DNA of 64,000 nucleotides, taken from assembly GCA_045635805.1 (NCBI GenBank), contig JAZTWI010000011.1, positions 3,905 to 67,904 of the forward strand. The letters run 5' to 3'. The first letter of the stretch is position 1; each line of letters begins with the position of its first letter. The notes under the pieces are model-generated. The model searched no databases. It had not been told where the DNA came from and saw nothing but the letters and a program-made list of their open reading frames with translations. Positions 10,215 to 19,900 of this stretch are shown here, piece after piece. The position numbers were made by a program, and so were the translations under genes. This stretch comes from Clostridia bacterium (GTDB lineage: Bacteria > Bacillota > Clostridia > Christensenellales > UBA1242).

Positions 10215-12674
10215 TTATTTATCTGTCACCGTCATTGTATATATAGCAGCAACGATATTCTGATTATCTTTCTTATCGTAAACATACTCGGCTTTTACTA
10301 AGTCAAAAGTGATATTAATTTCAGTATGCGAAACTAGACTGTCAAAGAGTTCTCTAATCCTAGTCATATAATTAATATGAGCGTGAACGTCTAGCACATC
10401 GTGATTTACATACAAATCATATGTTCCCCTAAGTGTTCCACTAGATAGTGTATTTACGAGTTTCTGCACTTCACTGTCTTCGTCGATTAAGAAATTAAGT
10501 GTGAAATTATGGATAATACCTGTATCTCCTGCTTCATTATACTTAACAGCATTTAGCGAGTAAGAAATAAAGATATATAGTTCTTCACAAATTGCGTTCT
10601 TTGTTTCTTTTAGGAAAGGAAGCATGTTTTCTTTTAATTTACTGTAGTATACATAGCCACTACTAGAGAGAGCGATGTCTTCTAGTGGGTTATATATTGT
10701 GCCTGTGTCAGTCTCGTATCTCTCTATTAAATAATCTAGGTCAACGATTACTTCCATAGATTTTTGACTATTGTCGTACATATAATTAAAGAGTGTTACA
10801 AATTCTTCATCGCTATCTATTAGATAGTCGTGAGTTTCACTATTGTATGTGAATTTACGCTCATTATAATATCCGTACATTTCACCTGCTGGTAGATACA
10901 TAAATTCTTCTCTGCCTTCAAAGTCAGCGTGAGAGCCTTCTATCATATCATCGTCTATTAGGAAGAATCTATGAGATAGTATTTCATTGGTGCTTGAACT
11001 AAATATCTCTGTCCAAGTAATATCTACTATATAGTACTTAGCAGGAGTTGTGTCAGTTGTGTCTCTGTCAAGTAAAACTTTATTCCAAGCGTGACCACCT
11101 TCTTCGCCACCATCACTAGCAATACCAACTATTCTGATACACTCTATGTCTAACATATTACACATTAGACTAAATGCCTTAGAGAAACCATCACACACAG
11201 CAACGCCTTTATCAAATACACCTTCTAAGTAGTAACAAGGGAACTTGGTAGGAATATCGTCGGTATTAGAGTATGTTGCATAGTCATATACTGTATTTAC
11301 ACATATCCAATCAAATATGGATAGAGTTTTTTCAAAGTCTGTCATAGTAGGAGAGATGATATCTCCTAGTACTAATTTTGCTTCGTTATAGATTCTATAT
11401 GCCCTACTCTCAGTACTTGCAAATGTAGGTGTCACCCCATTTTCAACTGCCCAATACAATTCTTCGGTAGTCTTTACAGGAGTGCTTAGGTATTTTGAGT
11501 CACTAGCAAATTTCTGCTGAGATAAATACTCACTATCACTAGCATAGCCTTCCCTTAGACTATCAAATTCAAAACTCTCGTAATATGGTACTGAGTACTC
11601 CTGAGCATAGTTATCGGCTGTAGTATTATTCATCTCTAGGTCACACTCATATATTCCCATATAAGTGACCTTGATATTATATGTTCTGTCTTTGGTTGAA
11701 ATAGCAGAAGCGAAGTATCTATCTTGTCCCACAATATTTCCTGCCATATATGCGCTCGTCTCACTAAATGCACCGAAGCCGTATTGGAAGATAAGCAGGT
11801 CTAGACACTCTTCAAAGTCTCCACCATCAAAGATAGTAGCCATATCATATATCTCACTAGATATCTTGATATTGAAGTCTTCGTCTCTATATATAAATGA
11901 GTGATAAATTATATTCTGTAATTCATCTAATGTATTAATGTAATGGTCGTAGATTTTACCATCAAATATATAGATATTGTCAGTATACCCAGCATAATTG
12001 TCAGGATTGTAATATTTGGTAGAGCTAGCAACAAACTTATCTTCGCCCACTTTTACAAGAAGTCTTAGGGCTGAAATTTCGTTTCTTAGACCAAATGTAG
12101 CAGAACTAAGATGGAAATTATATTTACCATTTACATACGAAATCTTGTCGTCAATATTATATTCTTTATAGCCTAGAGTATTACTATAAATACCTAGTAC
12201 ATAACCATCTACATTCTCAACTTTATCAAAGGTAACAATGGAATTATTGATAGCAAGTGTAGTGGAATTTTTGTATTCGCCTTCAACTATCGTATGTGAA
12301 TTTTTTATATCAAAATCTAATACTTCGGTATTATTATAATTAGCAGTTTGCTCAACGCCCTTGGTTGTAAAAGATAGTCCTTGGGTCACTGCTTTTACCT
12401 TGAAATTATACTGTCCAACCGTGTCTAAGTGTTTACCAAATTCATATATACATTCAGTTGTATCTGCAGTGTCTACGAGTTTATCATTACAGTATATCTC
12501 ATACGATACTGCATTTCTAACAGCTCTCCACGAGAACGCCTTGCTATTAGGATATATAACTAAGTTATAGTCGGTAGACTCCGTTGTGCACGAAAAAGTA
12601 CAGCCTGTAAATATAGGACAGGCTATACATAATAGTATTGCTATGACAAATAAATATTTTCTTAGTTTACTCAT
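10215..12674 (-). CDS. Transglutaminase-like (Cys-His-Asp core) surface lipoprotein with an N-terminal Fn3-like module
   Basis: The lipobox is LLCIACPIFTGC. The transglutaminase core is VAVCDGFSKAF...GGHAWNKV...VDITW. The N-terminal FSWRAVRNAVSYEIY shares the module signature of the giant protein. It is the last gene of the operon, with a 24-nt gap to the previous gene. Confidence 0.75.
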   Translation of the reverse strand: MSKLRKYLFVIAILLCIACPIFTGCTFSCTTESTDYNLVIYPNSKAFSWRAVRNAVSYEIYCNDKLVDTADTTECIYEFGKHLDTVGQYNFKVKAVTQGLSFTTKGVEQTANYNNTEVLDFDIKNSHTIVEGEYKNSTTLAINNSIVTFDKVENVDGYVLGIYSNTLGYKEYNIDDKISYVNGKYNFHLSSATFGLRNEISALRLLVKVGEDKFVASSTKYYNPDNYAGYTDNIYIFDGKIYDHYINTLDELQNIIYHSFIYRDEDFNIKISSEIYDMATIFDGGDFEECLDLLIFQYGFGAFSETSAYMAGNIVGQDRYFASAISTKDRTYNIKVTYMGIYECDLEMNNTTADNYAQEYSVPYYESFEFDSLREGYASDSEYLSQQKFASDSKYLSTPVKTTEELYWAVENGVTPTFASTESRAYRIYNEAKLVLGDIISPTMTDFEKTLSIFDWICVNTVYDYATYSNTDDIPTKFPCYYLEGVFDKGVAVCDGFSKAFSLMCNMLDIECIRIVGIASDGGEEGGHAWNKVLLDRDTTDTTPAKYYIVDITWTEIFSSSTNEILSHRFFLIDDDMIEGSHADFEGREEFMYLPAGEMYGYYNERKFTYNSETHDYLIDSDEEFVTLFNYMYDNSQKSMEVIVDLDYLIERYETDTGTIYNPLEDIALSSSGYVYYSKLKENMLPFLKETKNAICEELYIFISYSLNAVKYNEAGDTGIIHNFTLNFLIDEDSEVQKLVNTLSSGTLRGTYDLYVNHDVLDVHAHINYMTRIRELFDSLVSHTEINITFDLVKAEYVYDKKDNQNIVAAIYTMTVTDK

Positions 12675-12698
12675 CCTTACCCATAAATAATTATATGA

Positions 12699-13736
12699 TT
12701 AATTAGTTATATCTAGCACCCAATGTTTAGGAGCTGTTGGCCATACCGAACCATTAATGATATTCTCTGGTACTGCTTCGATTGACTCTACTATTACTTG
12801 GATTTGACCATACTTGCCACCATCTTCGCAGAAAATATTGTCTCCCACAAATTCTAGTTCGCTAAAGAGTTCTATTCTTTGTTGAAATCTAACTATGTCT
12901 TTATAGTAAAAATATCCGTCATCGAATTGCACACCATTTACTATTAGTGATTCATCATCGTGGTTATACCTATACCACATCTCTCCAATATTTGGAGATA
13001 CTATTTCATTTCTTTCTTCGTAGTCAAGAATAACTACAATTTTAAATCTAATATAAATATTTTTTGCAGCATCTGACTGCGATGTTGATGGGTCACCCCT
13101 ATAGTCTTCGGAGTTTCTAGCGTAAGCCCTTAGTGGCAATACATCTCCTGGGGAAATCTCTCTAAGAATCTCTTGACCGGTCTCTGTGACCACACTTAAG
13201 GCAGACTTATTCTCAATCTTCATACTGACTCTGATATCGTATGATTCTTCTTGTCCACCACCAGCATTGCCTAGGAAGAAGATAAAGAATGCAATGAGTG
13301 CTACAACTATAAGCACAAGGATTATAGCAATGATACTTTTGTTTCTCTTACTGCTATCGCCTTTATCTCTCTTAACCTTGGTTCTTGCCTTATCTACAGG
13401 CGCATCATCTAGACCAGAAGCTCTTTTTCTCAGTCTCTCGAGCGCTGCCTGTTCTCTTTCTTTGTCTGTTGGTACATACTCTACTTCGTCTACAATCTCT
13501 GGTCTATTGTTTCTATCGTAAGCAGACCTTGGTTTTGTAACATCTATAGGGTTATTATAATTAGGTGTAGAAGGTCTAGGTGTGGAAGGTGTACTAGGAC
13601 TAGGTGCGCCTGGTCTAGGCGGTCCACTAGAAGAACTAGGGTTTTGCGTACTAGAACTGCTAGTATATGGTGTACTAGGTCTATATGGTGTGCCAGGATT
13701 ACTTGGTGTACCATTAGGATTTCTATTATCTTCCAT
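12699..13736 (-). CDS. Single-pass membrane protein: Pro/Ser-rich cytoplasmic N-terminus, one TM helix and a TasA-like ectodomain
   Basis: Residues 1 to about 60 are low-complexity (PSNPGTPYRPSTPYTSSSS...PSTPSTPRPSTP). The TM helix is IIAIILVLIVVALIAFFIFFL. The ectodomain shares IYIRFKIVV, GYFYYKD and a C-terminal IQVIVESIEAV strand with the three upstream subunits. Confidence 0.6.
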   Translation of the reverse strand: MEDNRNPNGTPSNPGTPYRPSTPYTSSSSTQNPSSSSGPPRPGAPSPSTPSTPRPSTPNYNNPIDVTKPRSAYDRNNRPEIVDEVEYVPTDKEREQAALERLRKRASGLDDAPVDKARTKVKRDKGDSSKRNKSIIAIILVLIVVALIAFFIFFLGNAGGGQEESYDIRVSMKIENKSALSVVTETGQEILREISPGDVLPLRAYARNSEDYRGDPSTSQSDAAKNIYIRFKIVVILDYEERNEIVSPNIGEMWYRYNHDDESLIVNGVQFDDGYFYYKDIVRFQQRIELFSELEFVGDNIFCEDGGKYGQIQVIVESIEAVPENIINGSVWPTAPKHWVLDITN

Positions 13737-13801
13737 GCTCTCTACCTCCTTTTTATCTATTCACCCTGCACTTTGGGTGTTGTTTTCAAATTAATATATT
13801 A

Positions 13802-14632
13802 CTATGCTGTAGTTGGGATATCTTCTATATCGCCTAGTTCAAAGTTCCACCAAGGGCCATAGCCTTCGTACTCAAGTGGGTCTGGAACGTTCTGAACCTG
13901 TATTGCTTCTACTACATAATTAATGTGTATCTTACAGTTTGCTTGTGCATTTGTAATATTTATTTTACTAAGAGCAATATATCCGTCTATAAATACGAAT
14001 TGTTCCATATCATATGCAACTCTAGCATATGTTTTACCTGAAATGTCTGTGGTCTTTAATACAAACCAAATATCGGTTGGCTTGTCTGCTTCATCGCCTT
14101 CAAATTCGGCATATTTATTGAAGTCTACACTCTGCCAAACACTAGCATCTGGTGCGTCTTCGTACTCAATCTGTCCCTTATCTGCAAGGTCCTGAAGTTC
14201 ACTAACTTCGCCTGTGTAGATATTCTCATAGAATACCTGTAATTTAACTCTAACATATGCTGGAGATGATGTAGTTACTCCATCACCTATCTGCATACCT
14301 AGTCGCATTTTGATTTTATCTCCAGGATAAACCCTGGTATTGAATTCTTCTAGAATATCGGTCTTGGTTGTATGTTCTAATACTACTTGACCATTTTTGT
14401 CTAGTACAAAATTACCATCGGCATCTCTACTCTCAGTAAATTCTGTTATGTAGATATTAACAGGATTAGAAAGGATAATATCGGCTGTATCTGACCTGGT
14501 TCTAATATACCAAGCAGCAGTAGACGACACAACAAGCATTACCACTATTAAAATGGCTAGTGCTAATATTATCATATTCTGCGTTTGAATTTTCCTTTTG
14601 TACTCTTGGGCACTCAATGTTTTCTTTGCCAT
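13802..14632 (-). CDS. TasA/BsaA-like secreted matrix/fibre subunit 3 with a SipW-type signal peptide
   Basis: The N-terminal TM helix ends in STAAWYIRTRSD (compare the TasA-type ...AYFSD). It also has AYVRVKLQV and a C-terminal NYVVEAIQVQN strand. Confidence 0.6.
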   Translation of the reverse strand: MAKKTLSAQEYKRKIQTQNMIILALAILIVVMLVVSSTAAWYIRTRSDTADIILSNPVNIYITEFTESRDADGNFVLDKNGQVVLEHTTKTDILEEFNTRVYPGDKIKMRLGMQIGDGVTTSSPAYVRVKLQVFYENIYTGEVSELQDLADKGQIEYEDAPDASVWQSVDFNKYAEFEGDEADKPTDIWFVLKTTDISGKTYARVAYDMEQFVFIDGYIALSKINITNAQANCKIHINYVVEAIQVQNVPDPLEYEGYGPWWNFELGDIEDIPTTA

Positions 14633-14666
14633 ATTTCCTTCCTTTCTATTCTCTAGTTAATTTCTA

Positions 14667-15341
14667 TTAGTCATCTGGATTATATATTTTACTCTCATCT
14701 TGTAAAACAAAGTCTTTAAATATCTTTGGGCTGGTTATCCAGTCACCTTTTGCATCGGCAGAAGCCCCGTATTGTCTCTGGATTGTCTCAAAGTATAATG
14801 TGATTTGACAAGGCTCTCCTGCTTTTTCATTATATAATGTATTGTCTACATAGTACCCAGCATTAAACTGAGTACCGATATCGTCTACACAGCCTAGATA
14901 ATAATAAAAGTCGTCGCCCTCATTATAAACCCACTTTTTCTCTTCTCCTGATGAATAAGTTGCGGCTGTTGTAAATTTGTTGCTATCAAAATATAATGTT
15001 ATCTCTGGTCTATTAGTCGTATATCTAACTCTAACATACGCACCATCGATATTGTGTTTTTCGCTAGTTTTAATATAAGTACCTATGTCCTGACCGTCTT
15101 TGTCTACTAGATAGGTAGTATCTGGAGCAAGGACTAGGTTTCGCAAGTTAAAATTGGTTGTAATATCTAAATCAAGGGTACCGATAATTGATACTGATGG
15201 GTCTGGGTTTGACGTAGTGGAAGTATCTTCTAACCAAGAAGTAGTTACTCTCACCACACCCCACACAAAAGCCACTAGTAGTAGGAGAACTACTACTATA
15301 TAAGTAAAGTAATTAAACTTTGACTTTTGCCCTAGTTTCAT
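14667..15341 (-). CDS. TasA/BsaA-like secreted matrix/fibre subunit 2 with a SipW-type signal peptide
   Basis: The signal region ends in TTSWLEDTSTTS, the closest match to the SipW-dependent signal consensus. It also has GAYVRVRY and a C-terminal YFETIQRQ strand. Confidence 0.65.
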   Translation of the reverse strand: MKLGQKSKFNYFTYIVVVLLLLVAFVWGVVRVTTSWLEDTSTTSNPDPSVSIIGTLDLDITTNFNLRNLVLAPDTTYLVDKDGQDIGTYIKTSEKHNIDGAYVRVRYTTNRPEITLYFDSNKFTTAATYSSGEEKKWVYNEGDDFYYYLGCVDDIGTQFNAGYYVDNTLYNEKAGEPCQITLYFETIQRQYGASADAKGDWITSPKIFKDFVLQDESKIYNPDD

Positions 15342-15357
15342 AAGTATTTCCTTCTTA

Positions 15358-16221
15358 TTACATCCAGCCTAACCAGCCGGTATTTTCTGCGCCTGACACG
15401 TCACAAGGAATAGTTGAACCAAATGGAAATGCAGGAACAGGAATAAGATTTGTTTCACCTGATGGGTACAAATCTCTCATAAAATCTTCGTCTGGCATAG
15501 TAAATGTGGTATATGCCCTACTCTCACCATCTAAGGTAACTTTACTTAAATTAGATGCTGAGTTTTCATAAATTTTCTTATAAATATTACCAGGGTGTGC
15601 TACAGCGTCTACTGTAACAGACACTAGTATTTCGGTATTTTCGTAGCCTGTAGGTACTGTGATTTGTGAAATAATAGGTATCTCTCTATCGCTAGAAGTC
15701 TCGCCATTTAGAGTATATGGCTCTAATTTTTCACTTAAATACATATAACCACTAGCTACTTGATTATTCTGTGGTAATGCCTGATACCAGCCTGTGGTAT
15801 TCATAGCAATCATTGGTGCACTAGATGGCATCACTTGTGGGATGCCAAGGAGACAAACAATATTATTATTGCCATCTACTATATACACTCTAATAGTTGC
15901 TCTAATGAGCGCATCTACTGTCCCTGTATTTCTAATAGTAAGGCTAAGGTTTCTACTCGTTCCGCCTGTTGGAATTGAGTACGGAGATGTGCACTCCCAT
16001 GTTGTACCATTTTGGTGCTCGGTGGTATGAGTAACATTAGTGCCATTTGCATAGATTTCTACTGCTACTGTACCTATCTCTAAGCCTTCGCTATCTCTAG
16101 TATAATTTCTCTTTAACCACGCGAGAACAGAGCCAACTAGAACACAAGTCACTAGTACAACAGTCACTAGTAGTACTATAAAAGAAACTCTGTGTCTATG
16201 CTCTATTTTCTTTGTGTCCAT
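15358..16221 (-). CDS. TasA/BsaA-like secreted matrix/fibre subunit 1 with a SipW-type signal peptide
   Basis: The start was set at the ATG at 16221, which is 4 nt after AAGGAGAG. The ORF-track start would overlap sipW. The signal region ends in SVLAWLKRNYTRDSE, and the protein contains LSLTIRNTGTVDALIRATIRVY. Confidence 0.6.
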   Translation of the reverse strand: MDTKKIEHRHRVSFIVLLVTVVLVTCVLVGSVLAWLKRNYTRDSEGLEIGTVAVEIYANGTNVTHTTEHQNGTTWECTSPYSIPTGGTSRNLSLTIRNTGTVDALIRATIRVYIVDGNNNIVCLLGIPQVMPSSAPMIAMNTTGWYQALPQNNQVASGYMYLSEKLEPYTLNGETSSDREIPIISQITVPTGYENTEILVSVTVDAVAHPGNIYKKIYENSASNLSKVTLDGESRAYTTFTMPDEDFMRDLYPSGETNLIPVPAFPFGSTIPCDVSGAENTGWLGWM

Positions 16222-16235
16222 AGTTCTCTCCTTTT

Positions 16236-16832
16236 TTATTCTTCGTCGTCGTTTTCGTAGCACTCGATATCGTCTGGATTAAGATTATCTTTTACCCAGA
16301 AAATCACCCAAATAAATGCTACTAATATGATGCTATATATAATAAGCATCATTGTATTAGCCTTGATATACATTACAACATCGCCTAGCCAAGTATAGCA
16401 GTGTTCTTCGTATACCTTACCGACTAATTCTTGTTCACTAAGGATTCCGTCAGGGGTATTACTGTTGTCACCCTGTGTGTACCAGAATCCATTGTCCCAG
16501 GCTTCTCTACTAAAGCCTTCTTCTCCTGGGAGTGGCAAAATTTTACCATTAAAATCTCTCTTACCTTCGATTCTGTGGGTTAAGTAAATTCCACCTTTAT
16601 TCATTGTAACAATATCGCCTAGTTCTAGTTTTTCGTATTCTATAGGTGTAGACATAATTAGACTGCCTACAGGTAGTTTCGGCTCCATAGAACCAGATGA
16701 AACTATCATAAATTTGTAGCCTAGAATTGTGGCTAGTATTATAGATATTAGTAATGAAAAACCAAAGGCTCTAAATAATTTAGACCAGATGTCTTTGAAA
16801 AAACCTTGCTTTTCTAATCTGTAAAATCTCAT
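16236..16832 (-). CDS. sipW: Signal peptidase I, archaeal/ER (SipW) type
   Basis: It has an N-terminal TM helix, the catalytic Ser motif VSSGSMEPKLPVGSLIM, the His motif YLTHRIEG and a C-terminal TM helix plus acidic tail, as in B. subtilis SipW. Confidence 0.8.
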   Translation of the reverse strand: MRFYRLEKQGFFKDIWSKLFRAFGFSLLISIILATILGYKFMIVSSGSMEPKLPVGSLIMSTPIEYEKLELGDIVTMNKGGIYLTHRIEGKRDFNGKILPLPGEEGFSREAWDNGFWYTQGDNSNTPDGILSEQELVGKVYEEHCYTWLGDVVMYIKANTMMLIIYSIILVAFIWVIFWVKDNLNPDDIECYENDDEE

Positions 16833-16932
16833 TGTTTTGTCCTTGAATTTTTTAAATTGTAATGATATTTATTACCCTAGGCAGAACTAGGTAATCCTAG
16901 TCCCACCTATTGTAATAATTTAAGTTAATATC

Positions 16933-19900
16933 TTAGCCTAGGCTAGGATATTTAGTTGTTGTGATATAACCAAGAGTACCCATTTCAGCCTTTAACTCGT
17001 CTACATTGTAAACTTGCTCTCCTGCTGGGCTTAGGCCTAAGGTTACAGGTCTATCAACAGTATCATCTACTAGATAGTAACAATCAGTAGCTGTAGCCTG
17101 TTCTGAGTACATAATGCCATAAGCGTATACTTGAGCACTACCAGAAGTAGCAGCATATGAGTATCTAACAACCACATAACACTCTGTTACATTTACGTTA
17201 GTAGCGGAAGTGATTGTACATTGTCCTAGTATACCACCCACACTGATTGACTTGGTACCATTTGAACCATAATCAACTATGATTAATGCAGTACTATAAC
17301 ACTTATTAATAGTTACGTTAGAAGCGATTACTTCGGCAGCGATACCACCAAGTAGACCACCCCTGAATACAGTGCTAGTACTTGTGTAACTTCTGTCAGT
17401 AACAGTGATTTGAACAGTCTCGTCTAGGTAACAGTTAGAAACTGTTGATTTCTCTTCGATAGTACCTACGATACCACCGATTTGGTTAGATTTAATAGCA
17501 CCAGAAATTCTCACATCTTCTGTATCATATTCACCAATTAAGTAACAATTACTGATTACTGCATTTTCACCAGACATCTTTCTAGCGATACCACCTACAA
17601 CAGAAGATTTAGCAGATGAGCCATTTTCTAGTGCTGTGATATTAGCAGAAACATATGAATTAGTAATTGTACCCATATTATCTACTACTAAGCCACCTAC
17701 GAATACACCATTATTTGTGCTAGATGGAGTAATAGAAATATTAGAACTCTGAGCATTACTTGCATCATCTGTATCGTTATAGAATGTAACGATATTTACA
17801 TTATCAAGTGTGCCATAGTTATTGATAGCAATACCAGCTACTTGATACTCAAGTGCAGTACTAGATGCTGAGTAATTAATCTGGAAGTCTACGTCCTTGA
17901 TAGTTCCCCTATTATTTAGGATAAATGATAGATATGTAGCTCTAGCATCAGCATAAGGGTTTGCTACAAGTCCGTGGATAGCGAAGTTCTTATCATTTGC
18001 AGCGTCTCTACCTTTGATAGAACCTGTGAAGTTCTCAATGATAGTCCAATCGCTCTGTACATAGACATCACTAACTAGTTTGTAGTGACTCTCTGTGTAA
18101 TTTCTAATGTTATTAAGTTCTGTATCATTATGTATAGTATATGGAATATATGGGCTACCATTACCACTGAAGAATAATGAGAATGCACCATTTACATTGT
18201 ATACATATGTTGCAGACTTATATGAATTAGAAGAAGTCTCTGTAGAATCGTATGCTGTAGCAGTAATAGAGAACTTATAATTACTTGCTACAGATGTTAA
18301 TTTGTAACTAGTTGGAGTGTAAACTTGTGTTCCAACCTTATATGAACTAACAAGGATAGTATCTTTAACATATAAGATATAGTTTGCACCAGCAGTTGCT
18401 TGATAGTAAACAACTACTCTATCTTTGATTTCTTCGTAGTATAGATAATCTGCATCGTATTCAGCATTGTCACCTGCTGCTGCAAAGTTAGGTGAAGCAC
18501 TCATTACTTGACCTACTTTATTAGCAGATTTTACCCAACTTTCTTTGTCTTCTGGAGAAACGTTACCAACAGTATATTCTGCAGTAAGTATGATATTGTA
18601 ACCGGTCTTAACATCGTCTACATTTGTCATACCCCAAGATAGAATACCTGTCTTCTCATCGTAATGTCCATTAGTTGGAGAAGATGGAATAGATATAACT
18701 AATCTATCACTATAACTACTATTTAGTAGTGCTCTATATGTCTCTACACTACCTAGCTCGATAGTCTTAGATGGGTCGCTAGGGTCTGGCATAGACTCTG
18801 TTACCCAAGAACCAGACTCATCATAAGTACTAGTCTTTAAGTGACCAATTGCTTGTGCAAAGGCAAATACTTGTAAGCCTTCGTTAGTGTCATTTACGTT
18901 GATATTTTGAAGTAGTGCATTTAGTTTAAATCTAATCTCACTGCCTTCGGTCTCGAAATATTCGTTATTTGCCCAAGGTTGACTATATACTGTAATAGTG
19001 TCTTGAACATTAGGATTTACAATCTCAATAGTTGCTGTGCCATCGCCTTCTTTGATGATTGTATATGTGTGGATTGTCTCACCCACAAAGAATTTAAGTT
19101 TGTATGCTTTAGCGCTGTCGTTCCAAGTCCAATAGATTCTATTTTCTTCGTTTGCTGTAGCATTAATAACGTTTTTGAGTGTTGGTGCAGGAATTTTAGA
19201 TACATAGTAAGTCTTAAGCTCACTAGCTAGGTAGAATTGTTTACCTGCGTTAGCCATATCATCACTAGAACCCTGAGTTCCTTTATACATAATAGTAATA
19301 GTATGCGCACCTGATGGGAACAATGTCTCATTATCACTCGCATCATATGATGCTTGGTTAGCACTAGTTACTTCTGTGAAGTATGGATAAGATAGAACTG
19401 AATTATCAGCAAGTGATTTCTCTACCCCGTCGATTGTGAGTACACTAGCTGTAACTGATTGTCCAGCAAGAGCATCACCTGCAGCGCCCCACTCAAATAC
19501 ACCATTTGTTACCCTTGGTACAGGAGCTGCAATCTTTGTAACTGATGTAGATGTAGAGAAACTACTATTAATGTATCCACTGTCTGCTACTGCAATAGCC
19601 TTAATCTTCATACTGATAGTACCAAGTAGACTATCTAGAATATCAATCTGTGGATAGTTATTAGATGTAGCGTCTAAATCATCTTTGTTGCTACCCTGAT
19701 ATGAAATAGCGTAGTTATTAACTGTGCCATCATATTGTGTTAATTCGTTCCAAGAGATTTGACCCCTATCATTAACAACAATCTTAGTAGGTATAGCAAG
19801 TCTAAAGTATCTACCTGTAATCATTGACTTGATTTCGGTTGCATCGGTTGGATTGTAGAACTGAGTATTTGTTGCTGTAGATACGTTATTTGAATTAAAG

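Noticed and set aside
16833-16932. A possible terminator separating the giant gene from sipW, based on the CTAG-gcagaa-CTAG palindromes.
   Set aside because: The stems are very short and no T-run follows. I treated the region as compatible with read-through, but this is untested.
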